Part shown: positions 1 to 11,910 of the stretch, piece after piece
How positions within the stretch are numbered: position 1 is the first letter of the stretch
How the letters are laid out: each line of letters begins with the position of its first letter
Assembly (NCBI GenBank): GCA_002189035.1
Contig: NEEC01000025.1
Coordinates: 558,001-622,000 of the forward strand
Reading direction: 5' to 3'
Length of the DNA stretch: 64,000 bases
Origin: Utricularia gibba
Lineage: Eukaryota > Plantae > Magnoliophyta
Made by a program: the position numbers and the translations under genes
The notes under the pieces: generated by a model
The model's database searches: none
Seen by the model: the letters and a program-made list of their open reading frames with translations, nothing else
Told to the model about the DNA's origin: nothing

Positions 1-440
1 TTAAATAAATAAACTGCATCATTTAACGTGGAGTGATCAGAAAAAAAACAAGAAGAAAGAAAGGATGTATTGTCCATGTGGGGCCCCTGTAAGTATTTTC
101 TCGATTTTCAATAAAAGGCTAGATTGAGTGTTCCGAAAGTGCAGGAGAAAGTGTAGAGCACAGAGCCGTAGAGCCCTCTTTTTTCAACCTGAGAATCAAA
201 TGGATGTGGAAGTCCAATGGGTATTGGAGAAGATTCGTTGCTCGATTCCTGGTGGTTATGCTGATTCGTCTGTAGAGCCCGGTTATTTTAGTCTGTTTTT
301 TTCTCCTGTGCTTGGCCGGTGGAATGAATCGAGTTCCATAAAAAAGATTTACGGTTTTTTTTGGTTGTTGATTGTGGGAAAAGATTCACTTCTAACTTCG
401 CCGGCGGCGGCGGAGGAGTTCGAGAATCGACTGTGTCAGA

Positions 441-1030
441 ATGGAACCGGAAGAGTCGAATTGGACTTGGATTGAGGACAAGGTGTTTGAAAATAGTTTG
501 TTGGAATTTCCCGAGGGTTTTCCCAATCGATGGGAGATAATCGCGGCGATGCTTCCGGAGAAATCGCCGGCGGATATTGAGCGGCACTATATCGCATTGT
601 TGATCGACGTGACGGCGATTGATGCGGGGATGATTGATCTGCCGGAGTATGAGGAAATGGAAGTCCCTTTGCGGCAGGTATGCCAGAAGAACCCCAAGTC
701 TGGTGTACAGAGAAAAGGCGGGAAACCTTGGACTGTAGAGGAGCACCGGTAACCAATTTTCCCTTTGGCTTCTCCCCATAAAGTTTCTATACCGATCTTC
801 AACAAAGGAAAGAATCAAACTGTGTTCATTTTGTTTTATGATGCAGAAGGTTCCTTCAAGGTCTGGAAAAATACGGCAAAGGAGACTGGAAGAGCATATC
901 AAGGTACGCGCTTAAGACAAGAAACCCGACCCAAGTGGCGAGCCATGCTCAAAAGTATTTCGAACATCAACAAAAGGAGGAGGCCAACAAGAAAAGAAGA
1001 AGCATTTTTTATTCCTCGATTCCTGAATGA
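441..1030 (+). CDS. DIVARICATA-like / SHAQKYF-class two-SANT MYB-related transcription factor (2 exons: 441-748, 847-1030; ~163 aa)
   Basis: Exon 1 gives a SANT repeat ([13 protein letters not shown]...NRWEIIA) and KPWTVEEHR; GT at 749, AG at 845-846; exon 2 reads [38 protein letters not shown]...IPE*. Confidence 0.9.
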
Positions 1031-2390
1031 CACTCCACGGTTGCTAAGCTTTCTAACTAATTTGATTCTTTTGGAATTCCAGTTAGTTCTCCTTCTGATG
1101 TAGATATGGATGTTGATGATTCGTTGGCTAGTTCGTTGATAATGGTATTTCTCTACCTTCTTCAACCTGATATTATTGAAATAGAAACTTCCCCTCACAT
1201 CATGAGCCTGAGTAATGGATCTTGTTTTATGGGTTGAATGATTTGGCAACAAGAGCAGTATCATCCTAAGGGCGTAAAGCTATTGTGATGAATCTGCAAA
1301 ATCTGATAATATATTATCAGATTTGTGTGTGTGTGTGTTTGTGTGTTTTTTTTTTTTTTTGTTGTACAATATAAGAATCTGTATGAAGGTCTACGAGAAG
1401 TAGGTCGCCATTAGAAGACAACATGATGCAAAAGTTGGGTGGCAACTACAAAGCACTTGATCCCACCCTGTTATGCTGCGCACATAACCCTTGTTCCCCA
1501 GCAGCCCCTTGCTTTACCGAGAAAAAGGCAAGTCCTTTGGTCTGTCTTTGAATGAGGCGCTATATAACATACAGTTGCTCTCCTCTAGCAGGTTCTTGGA
1601 AATGTTCATTAGACAGTGTTTTGCAGCAGTCTGTCTACCCTAGTCATTAGCTCAAATCCGCTGCGCATGCCTTTTGCCATGTCATAGAATTGGCTTCCTG
1701 AGCTGACCAGAGACATAAGGTCATCTTCTCAGGGGTAGCTTCGCGTTTGAGAACTGAGCAAGCCAATTTTGAAACAGATCCTAGCCCGCCCTAGTGGGGC
1801 CTTCGGGCAGTTGGCGGTAGGCTGCAGGAAAAATGTTAGTGAACTGCTACTACATTGGTCATTGGTGTCACAAACTTGATTTTCATGTATCATGTTAAAA
1901 CTACTCTTTATCCTCATCATAAATTTTTTTTTATATATTGATATAAAACTCGAAAACGGTTTTTTGGTTTTTTTTTTGGCTTCATACTTGATGCATTTGT
2001 CGGAATAAAAATAAACTAGTATGTTCGTTATGCCAACCGTTGGATGGTTGAGTTCAGCCGACGCCGGAATGGATAGTGGAGTGGTGGGGTCCGGCAGTTC
2101 ACGATGGGATGGTGACTCAGGCGGGGGCGGACCCCAAAATCATGTTGTCCGGAACTGCAGATATGGTTCATTGAAGTGTGTGTAGTGTAGCTAGGCGCTT
2201 GCACAGTTAGCCCATTACTGCATTGCAGGGTCATTCTGTTCATTCGCCCCATCTTCCTTTCATATTCATTAGCCAGTGCTATTCAATTATTTGGCTTTGA
2301 TGGCTAACCCGTGGGGTGACGAAAGCGAAAGATGTGGCTTGAAAGGACCCGTGATTGGTGGGAGGCGCTGAAATCTAAGGCTGTGCGGAT

Positions 2391-4388
2391 ATGGAAGTGG
2401 TGCCGAATGACTCCGACTCGGCAGCCGTCTTTCCGCCGTGGCAGGAGATGTTCCGATCTGCGTCCACGAGAAAGCCGGAGGGCGATCCTGCGACGTCGCA
2501 ATCGCAGGAGAATTGCGATGACAAACAAAGCTCTTTCTCCAGTGATCCTCAGGTACGCCTCGCTCTTTACATAGCTATGGCGCACGCTGGTTTGGCTTTC
2601 GCGATATTTGTTCTCTATGGAGTTTGTAAGATTCTGGAGAACTTTATGCGACCCATTTTGTGGGCTGTGCTCTGTTCAATCCCATTGAGAGGGATTCAAG
2701 AGACCCTTGTGGAGTTCTGGTCTGAGCCCTTGAATCTAGGGCTCACTGAAACCATTCTGGCTGTCCCTGTGGCCATTTTCCGGGTTTTCATTGGAACTCT
2801 TGTGGAAATCAAAGAAGCCATACTCAGATTTGTTCTTAGGAAGAAGAAGGCTACTCTTCAGAGGAAGAAAAAGAGTGGATTCCACAAATTGCTGAGATGG
2901 TTAGTCTCTTTTTCTTTGTTTGTCTTTGCTTATGAGCATATCGGTACGATTGGGTCCATTTCACTTCTACTCTTGGGGTTCATGTTCACCGCTACGGGCG
3001 TAGAATCCACCATGAGTAAGGTTTCTTCATTGAGGAGCAACAGTTTCCGCAGGGTTCCATGGAGCTCCTTCTTCACAAGGGGTATACTGAAAAGATTGAA
3101 AACTTTTGTAGCTACTGGATTGATTGTTGTGATGATCATCGGATCACTGGTTGGCATGATCTTCTTTTCTTATAAGATCGGTATGGAGGGGAAAAACACT
3201 GTCATTGCACTGAAATCCCATTTAGAAGAAAGCAACTATCATGAGATGATAGGGGTTAAGCAATGGATAGAAGAAAATGATGTCCCTTCAATGGTAGATA
3301 CCTACTCTAGCAAGCTTTATGAAACAATTGCTGAGCAGATTGATACCTTGGCTTTGCAATACAATTTGACAGAATTTGTTACCGGGATCAAACAGTTTGT
3401 TGTAACTCCTTCAGGGGACTCCAGCTCCAGGTCTACTACGGTGGTGAACCCTTCTTCCCCTTTCGCTGAAAAGATGTTGCGCCTCAAGGATCGAGTCAAG
3501 GAGCGTGAATGGGGGCAGATATATGCAGAAATTGATGCTATTTTTCGTGAGGTGGTGATCAGTAGAGAGGATTTGGTTGAGAAGGCAAAAGGGTTTGCTT
3601 CTCAAGGCGTTAATGTATTACAAAGTATATTAGTGAGTGGTACATCGATTCTAGGAGGCAGCGCTAGGCTCACATTCGTCATCGGAAAGTCGATTCTCTC
3701 TGGTGCTGCGGAAATATTCAACTTCCTTTCACAATCGATGGTGTTCTTTTGGGTTCTATACTATCTGATCACCTCTGAATCAGGAGGGGTCACAGAACAA
3801 GTAATGTGTATGCTTCCCATCTCCGAATCATCTCGAACACGATGCGTACAAGTCCTCGACAATGCTATCTCTGGCGTCCTTCTGGCTACAGCTGAGATCG
3901 CTTTGTTCCAGGGATGCATCACTTTGCTTTTATTCAGACTCTTTTCCATACACTTCCTCTACATGTCTACTGTGCTAGCATTCCTTAGACCTCTGCTTCC
4001 TCTGTTCCCACCATTGGTTTCAACAATTCCAGCAGCTGTTCAACTGCTGCTTGAGGGCAGGTACTTGGTCGCAATTGGGCTGTCTATCATTCATCTTGGC
4101 TTGATGGACTATGGAGCGTGGGAAATACAAGAAGATATACCTGGTTACAGTGCTTACCTTACAGGCCTCAGCATCATAGGTGGAATGACTCTGTTCTCCT
4201 CTGCTTTCGAGGTTATCTCCTCTCCTCTTTCTTCCATGCTCACATCAAAGTCCATATTCTAGAAATTACAAGTATGGTGTTTTGCGCAGGGGGCAATCAT
4301 GGGGCCATTGATAACAACTGTGGTGATTGTTCTCAAGGACTTGTATGCGGAGTTCTTAATGAAAGTATCCAATGATGACAAACAGTGA
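2391..4388 (+). CDS. Transmembrane protein 245-like (AI-2E/PerM-like) polytopic membrane protein (exons 2391-4211, 4290-4388; ~639 aa)
   Basis: 607-codon first exon with many hydrophobic segments (WQEMFRSAS...[16 protein letters not shown]). A GT/AG intron joins it in frame to [22 protein letters not shown]...*. Confidence 0.85.
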
Positions 4389-5313
4389 ATGGTAGTGCTT
4401 CATGTAATTACTATGTGACTGTAGACATCACAACGCTCATTTGTAAGTGCATCCACCATACCATTCTTTAGCATGATCTCAAGCCTTCACATACAACACC
4501 AGCAGCACCGGAGTGCTTTCGGTGCAACGGCGCCGGAGGGATTCCACATGGTTCGCTCAATTGGCTCATCACCAATAAGATAGCCGAGGGGCAGAGCTGA
4601 TCCTCAAATTCATGAAATGCCACAGACATTTGCTGCGGGATTTCTATGCCTATTCACAGGGGCAACGATCACCCCACAACGAAAGATGTTGCCCCTATGC
4701 TGAAACCAGTTTAACGCATTGATCCAGAAAGAACAGACCCCAAGTTCATGAAGAAGGGGGGCTCACCGAAGCATAAACCACTGACTTCTCAACATAAAGT
4801 AGCCTCCTCGCAATGCTCCCTCCAAAACCTGCAGCTTTGCGTTTTCAGATGAATCTGGTGGGAATCAAGTCTTCCCGAAACATGATCAAGATAAACTGTG
4901 CAGCAGGAGTGCAGTTAGGAGGCAACCAGGCGCTCAACATCCTCACTATTCTGAGATTAGGTTTCAGCAGATCAATATCACCATAGACGAGACGAAAAGA
5001 AGCAAACCACAACGTTGTATGAAAAGTTTAAGAATCCCCATCGGAGAACAGATGCTTCCGATGTAAAACATTCCAGTCGGCAAGTAGAACGATCAAAACA
5101 CTGCGCTGCAATTGCACCTTGAATTTGCAGTTCCCGGTCATAATTCAAAGCTTTCTGTGTTTTCGCAAGAGGTTTGCAATTTGCGCGCGGAGGATAATTT
5201 GACCAAGAGGCAAGATCCGAGTTGGTGCATTCGCTCTACCTGCTACCGTCGATTGTTCGCTTATCAGCGGTCTCGATTAAATCTGATCACTTCGATAGAT
5301 AATGAATCTTGGC

Positions 5314-5378
5314 CGTGGATTGTCAATCAAATCCAACGGCCCAACGATCTTCACACTCCTAGATTGACGCTATATAAA
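5314..5378 (+). promoter_or_regulatory. Histone H4 proximal promoter: octamer-like CGTGGATT, nonamer-like AATCCAACG, TATA box (TATATAAA 5371-5378)
   Basis: Motifs resemble the plant histone Oct (CGCGGATC) and Nona (CATCCAACG) elements and lie 85-150 bp upstream of the H4 ATG. Confidence 0.45.
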
Positions 5379-5406
5379 GCTGAGGCGCATCGGTAGGAAG
5401 ACGTAA

Positions 5407-5775
<369 letters not shown>

Positions 5776-7058
5776 TTTAATTAGGGTTCCGAGATGTTGC
5801 TCGTTGTGAAGTTTGACTAAGCGCACTCTTGTTTTTTTTCTGTTTTATCCTATCTTGATCTTTCTATTGATTTCACTTCTTTAGGGTTGTAATGTTCTGT
5901 GATGAAATACGTCGTTGCCGCTCTAGATCTTGTAACCGGAATCGATTTCGTGCTCCTCTTTCACTGTAATCCATGAATTTGCAGAAGCGTTTCCTGTAAC
6001 CTTCTCGTCGTGATCTTCATTGATCAATTCCTCAACTATTCTTCTTTAGAGTGTCGGGCCGACAGTGAAGAATTTTTCCAGCCCAATTAAAAATCAACTG
6101 GCCCTTTCTGTTGTTGAGTGAATGCGGCCACGATGGTCTTCTTGCATCCAGCCATGAGCGTGCAGGTAACCACCGTCCTTGGTAATCTGTAGATGCCGGA
6201 GGCCTTGTTTATTCGCTCGCCGTCGAAAAATTCCCGGTGTGGCCATCTGTAGATACGCGCATCTTCATTTATATCGATAATGACACCTATGGAGGCGCAC
6301 TGAGATCGGATTCCGAGACCGCTGAAGGGGTGACGCGAGCCGTCAATCATTTTTTTTCCCTCTTAATGAATCCGAACACGGAAGAACTGTAATGCTAAGT
6401 TGAATTGGACTTATCGAAAGGTGAGTACGCCTTCGTGCGAATTTCTTCGTGATGTGTGCATTTTGATGATCGGAGCTGCTCTGGGAGCAAGTCACCATTT
6501 TCCTCCCATTAAATCAAGCGTTTCTCCTTCTCGATCAGACCGGTGGTCACTAGAGAATTGCTTTTGCTTTCTTATTTTTAGCGTTAATGTAATGATAGAT
6601 TTTTTGTCCTATTTATTGGTGGTGGCTTGATTGATTTGTCTTCCAGAAACAGCTCTGATAAAAACGATTAACTTCTTCACCTGGTCGTTATGATTCATTG
6701 TTTGCGGCTAAAATGACCAGACTGCTTTTGTTTCACTGGAATTGATGTCAAATCTTTGTTCTCCAAGGGATCTCTATCCGATGTTATGAATGTTCAAATT
6801 GGAGACATGAGGTTATAAATGTACATTTATTTCTCCTGTGCATCGCTGTTTCGTTCAATTATCATTGTACTATGATTGAGCATCGTCCAAAGGTTGGTTA
6901 CAGTTACCTCACTTTGTAATTGTTATAGTTTCCATGTGTCATGTTTGCCTAGAGCCTGAAAGTGGGCCTGGCAGCAGTGGAAGAATTTATTGATGCTTAA
7001 TCTGGGACTCAATTTTCTGAATCTCTCATAGAAAATAAAGATGCAATCACGGATCCAG

Positions 7059-8273
7059 ATGTCTGTAAGGCTGCGGATATCAAGCAACCCTTTATCATAG
7101 ATAATGGATATTTCTGTCCAGCTCCGAGAGGGATCCTGCCTGAATGCTATAATGACTATTGTAGAATCCAGTTGTATTCATATCTGGGACTTAGGAAAAG
7201 CAGTACTGGACTTTCAAAAAATGTGTTTTATTTTGTATTAACTTTTCATGGGACTTGATTCACTTTGGAATGTAGTTCAGGGGTTGACGGAGGTGCTGCA
7301 TCCGGAAAAACTGCTGTTTGTGGCATGATTATTGAACAGTTCCGTGATCAGCGTGTTGTAGTATTTGGTAACACCTTTCCAATGCTTTATCACGCTCTAG
7401 AGCATACTCTTTTTAGGTAACCACACGATTCCATTTGTTTCATGCAGAATCTGTGTACGCTGGTGTTGATTTCTTCAAGAGACTATGCGGTGTTTCTGTC
7501 ATTCGAAGGTGTGCAAGCCAAAGTTATTGGCTGACTTTTGGTGTAGCTCCTGTGCAGAGAGCCTTGATTTTCTTAGCTTTTCCTGCGATATGAAATGCAG
7601 TGGTGAGAGCATGGAGAATGCTCTGCGAGTCTGCTGCAACAACATTGGGAAAATCCTCATTCACCGTGAAGGCGATAATGGCCAACATGTATGACTTCTC
7701 CTAGAGCCAGCATTTTTCTCCTCATCCTTTCATTGCAGTACCCCCTTTCTTTTTGATGTTGTATTCAAAGCGTGGAGCTAACATATGAAAAACTTTCAAA
7801 CGACATTGCTGACAGGCATGTCTTGTCGCTGGATCCTATACTTGGCACTGGTCGGCTCTTCGGCAGTTCAGGTAGTGATTTCCTCTTGTATTTAAATTCT
7901 CATCAAGCATTTCGTTCAACGTGCAGGAAATTCAGTTGTTCATGCCATTTCTTTACTCATCAAGAAAGGTGTACCGGGCTCAAATATTATATTCCCCATC
8001 TAGTTTCCTGAAGATCGTAACCTCTATGCATCAATGGTATTAGCCAGATTCAGTCTCCCATTGTTGAATAGTAACACCTGCCTGAAAACAACATGAAGGG
8101 TGCATCTCATTCACTCTGGTTCCTCCAGGCACCTCAATGAGTACATGTGTGCAAGCGTTTTCCCAGCCTGAAGATCGTTACCTGAAATCGAAAGCGCTCT
8201 GGATGATGATTTCCGTGTGATACCCGGCATGGGCGAGTTTGGAAACCGATACTTTGGAACAGATGATGGCTGA
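7059..8273 (+). pseudogene. Uridine kinase-like / uracil phosphoribosyltransferase (UKL) pseudogene
   Basis: Exon relics read DIKQPFII, GVDGGAASGKTAVCGMIIEQFRDQRVV, SVYAGVDFFKRLCGVSVIR, GESMENALRVCC..IGKILIHREGDNG, YEKLSNDIADRHVLSLDPILGTG and IPGMGEFGNRYFGTDDG*. Lesions: donor GT>AT at 7101, most kinase-domain exons absent, stop at 8138-8140, 2-nt loss near 8183. Confidence 0.88.
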
Positions 8274-8748
8274 TCTCCACTACCCTGCTCGCTGCCAGAA
8301 GGTTGTGAATTTCACAGCGGTTTTGATACCGGAACTTTCAAAAAAAGCACTTGAGCCCAAGAACTGATCCAGGTGGCTCTCCTTTCCACCACTGTCGCAT
8401 AATGTTTGCACTCATCAGGAAATATCCCCGATTCATGTCCGACGTAGATTTTTGGAATATCCTGAGGTGATGCCGGATATAAGAGCCCTTTGGGGTTACA
8501 TTTTTGGAAAAAGAAAAAGTATGGTGCTCATTAAGCTGAGCCTTGGTTCACAGGATCATGATAATCAGGGCGTTGTGGCCCGATCACTCGTTGCCTATCT
8601 GAGAATGATAAAGCTCGTGTGGTCGGTGCCCTGTGCGACACATGTTGGCTACTCATTGGCGGGTCTTGTCCGAATATGCCATGTAAGCTGCGGCTATATA
8701 GCAGTCACCCGCGCTTTGTAAGCCTCATCGGAGCAGCAAGACTCAGCC

Positions 8749-10028
8749 ATGTCGGCCTTCATCGGAAAATACGCTGGTGCGTTGTGGGTTCCTTGCTCTG
8801 TTTTGTATCCCTTGTGATGTTGGTTTTTAGAAGGGAAGTGATTTTGTAGCGTGCCGTTTCTTTGTTTGCATGTATGTAACCAAAATAAGCTTTTTTTTGT
8901 GTGGTTGATTCAGATGAGCTCATCAAGACGGCGAAGTACATCGCCACTCCCGGCAAGGGGATACTCGCCGCCGATGAGAGCACAGGAACCATCGGAAAGC
9001 GGCTGGCAAGCATCAACGTTGAGAACGTGGAAACCAACCGCCGCGCCCTGCGCCAGCTCCTGTTCACCTCGCCATCGGCGCACAACTATCTGTCCGGTGT
9101 CATCCTGTTCGAGGAAACGCTGTACCAATCAACGGCCGACGGCAAGCCCTTCGTCGAGATCCTCCAGGAAAACGGCGTCGTTCCAGGCATCAAGGTTGAC
9201 AAGGGAACGATCGAGCTCGCCGGCACAAACGCCGAGACCACCACCCAAGGCTTTGATTCTCTAGGCGCGCGTTGCGCGCAGTACTACAAGGCCGGCGCCC
9301 GATTCGCCAAGTGGCGGGCTGTCTTGAAAATCGGGGCCAGCGAGCCGTCGGAGCTTGCGATACAGCAGAATGCTCAGGGGCTGGCGCGCTATGCCATCAT
9401 CTGTCAGGAGAACGGCCTCGTTCCCATCGTGGAGCCCGAGATTCTAACCGACGGTGGGCACGATATCAAGAAATGCGCCGCCGTGACGGAGACTGTGCTG
9501 GCGGCGGTCTACAAGGCGCTGAATGATCACAAGGTGCTTCTTGAAGGAACCCTTTTGAAGCCCAACATGGTTACCCCTGGCTCCGACAGCCCGAAGGTAA
9601 TAACAACGTAATCTTTAAGTCCAATTTCCCCGTCCTTCTGTCCTAATATAACACCCAAACAGGTTGCCCCGGAAGTGATTGCGGAGTACACAGTGGCGGC
9701 GCTGCGGCGCACCGTGCCACCAGCCGTGCCGGGAATAGTGTTTCTGTCAGGTGGGCAGAGCGAGGAAGAGGCGACGGTGAATCTCAACGCCATGAACAAG
9801 CTGGAGGTGCTGAAGCCATGGACCCTGACTTTCTCCTTCGGCCGCGCTCTGCAGCAGAGTACTCTGAAAACATGGGGTGGGAAGCCTGAAAATGTGGACA
9901 AGGCGCAAGCGGCGTTCTTGGTCAGGTGCAAGGCCAATTCAGAGGCCACCCTTGGAAAGTACGGCGGCGCTGGCTCCGGCAACGATTTGGCTTCTGAGAG
10001 TCTGTATGAGAAGGGGTACAAGTATTGA
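8749..10028 (+). CDS. FBA: Fructose-bisphosphate aldolase, cytosolic class I (exons 8749-8776, 8914-9596, 9663-10028)
   Basis: MSAFIGKYA|[31 protein letters not shown]...LKPNMVTPG...[12 protein letters not shown]...GYKY*; no transit peptide; canonical splice sites. Confidence 0.97.
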
Positions 10029-10371
10029 TCGATCCCCACCTTGCCGTGGGACATGGTGGCCTCTTCTACTACATTGTATTATACTTTCAGCTTTCTGAAG
10101 CATCCATCTCCATTCCTCCTTACAAACCAAAAAGATGTTCCGACAGTTTTACTAATCTTCTACCCTGTAAAAAGGTCGTCATAATTTTTCATGTACAAGA
10201 CTATGGTTCGTAATTGTTCAGTCACCTTTGTCAGAATTGGAAACACACAGATGAAAAACAGTATCAGAAAGAGGCTGGGGGGGCAGGAAAACCTTATTCC
10301 CACTCATCAGCTCACATGGGGCAGAGCATTTTCAAGTGAAAAGCGTCATCCTCATAAGAATCACCAATCAA

Positions 10372-10695
10372 TCAGCTGTTGCTTCGAGCGCAGTACGTGA
10401 TCTTGATATATCCCCAGCTGTAAGGATTGGGGTTGATGGGAGTCGCCGTTGTAATAAGATCTTCCTGTACGGCTGCAAGGAACACTGTCTCTGCCCAGTG
10501 CACCGTATCCGATGTAATCCCCCGATTGTGCGAGCATCCGGTGGCTTACATCCGTCGGCATGATCGCGTCGGAGTCGTCACCGATGAGACACCATGGAAA
10601 AGGGCGGCTACATGGTGATCCAACGGTGAAGACGATGCAGCATTGGATAAAAGGCACACAGTTGGGAAGGATATAGCGATCAGAACAAGATTCAT
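10372..10695 (-). pseudogene. RALF (rapid alkalinization factor)-like peptide pseudogene
   Basis: ATG at 10695 opens a signal-peptide-like MNLVLIAISFPTVCLLSNAASSS. A second frame gives CLIGDDSDAIMPTDVSHRMLAQSGDYIGYGALGRDSVPCSRTGRSYYNG and a third gives NPYSWGYIKITYCARSNS*. Two frameshifts; two of four conserved Cys replaced. Confidence 0.85.
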
Positions 10696-11019
10696 GCTGC
10701 GAAATGGAGAACGGATGAACGCCCAAGGAACAGGAGGAGAAACTTAAAAGGGTGTTGGCGCAGTGAATGGAGGAAGAGCGCAAGGTGGGTAACAGAAGAG
10801 CGGTAGAAACTCCATGATTTCTCCAAATTGGTTCTATTTCTCATTTTTCATCAAGTACCAAGCACACTGCTTTCCAATAGTTTGTGTTGGGAAAGACTTG
10901 AACCAATTTCAAGCCTAATTTTTAAACTTATGACTGATACCTCCCAACAAAGCAAGTTATTTGACAGACTACGGAGGAGCAACTGAAACGATTGACTAGT
11001 AACCATCATCAGCCAGCTT

Positions 11020-11600
11020 TGCATCACATTACTTCTTGCTCCTCTGCAGTTGCTTGAATATGCTCGCGGCGCCGCAGAACAAGTTACCAGAGATGGTGAA
11101 ATTTTTGAAATTGGGCAAGGTACTATCCCACCAATCGTGTCTCGAGCTAACAATCCCCAGGTTGGGGCATCGGTCCTGGAGAAGGAAGCAGGAGACACAG
11201 CAGGGTGTAAAGGCAGTACAAATCTGTTGTTGCTGAGATGAAGCACATAGAGGAGAGGAAGGATTTATGAAGTCTGCGCGAGAATTCCACACAAACGGTT
11301 GCTATTGAAATGAGGCAATACAACGCCAGAAGACCTGATTCATCCATCAGGAAAAAACTTTGCCTGCTATTTCATCATCAACAGAAACGACTTCATCCCC
11401 TGTTTCATTCAGAAGTGGAATGCAAGAGATTCCGTTGTATTCATAAACACTTGGGCCGTTCCAGTTGGAAGTGAAGTTGCTTGGATCAGATTATGTCACT
11501 CTTTTCCAAGCTTGAAGAGCTGCACAGGGTTGCTTCAGGATAGAATCTGTCACATTCTTGGAAAACAGTGTGATGGTGGTGCTTCCCTGCAACTTTGAGA
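11020..11600 (-). pseudogene. Leucine-rich repeat extensin (LRX)-type LRR-domain pseudogene
   Basis: Minus-strand fragments read ALQAWKRVT*SDPSNFTSNWNGPSVYEYNGISC, VVSVDDEIAG, ESGLLAL, HFNSNRLCG, LHLSNNRFV and NFKNFTISGNLF. They match the LRX N-terminal/LRR consensus in collinear order, with in-frame stops, deletions and frame changes. Confidence 0.8.
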
Positions 11601-11910
11601 GGCAAAAGAATATGTTGCTGTAGCAACCACCATTCACAATGATCTCCCCCACTGTTAACCCTTAAAGTCTGCATTACGCCTCACTAAATCATTGATCCTT
11701 TTCAGCATGATGCGTCGAATATTAGAGAACAAGATGTTTACGTCTCATCTACCACACCATCAGACACGAGTTGAAGCTTAGAGCCTGTGATTCATCTAAT
11801 GGAACTTCATCAATTCGTAAAACTTTACAGCGAATTACACTGAAGTTTGCATCTTGATCTAATTATTGCATTCATCTATCACATCTTTTTTACGCTCGAG
11901 TCAAAGCAAA

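Noticed and set aside
288-902. 204-aa minus-strand ORF
   Set aside because: Antisense shadow of the MYB gene; no recognisable domain.
5039-5063. Loop sequence resembling part of U2 snRNA (GCATCTGTTCT)
   Set aside because: The rest of U2 is absent and I found no USE (TCCCACATCG) promoter element nearby.
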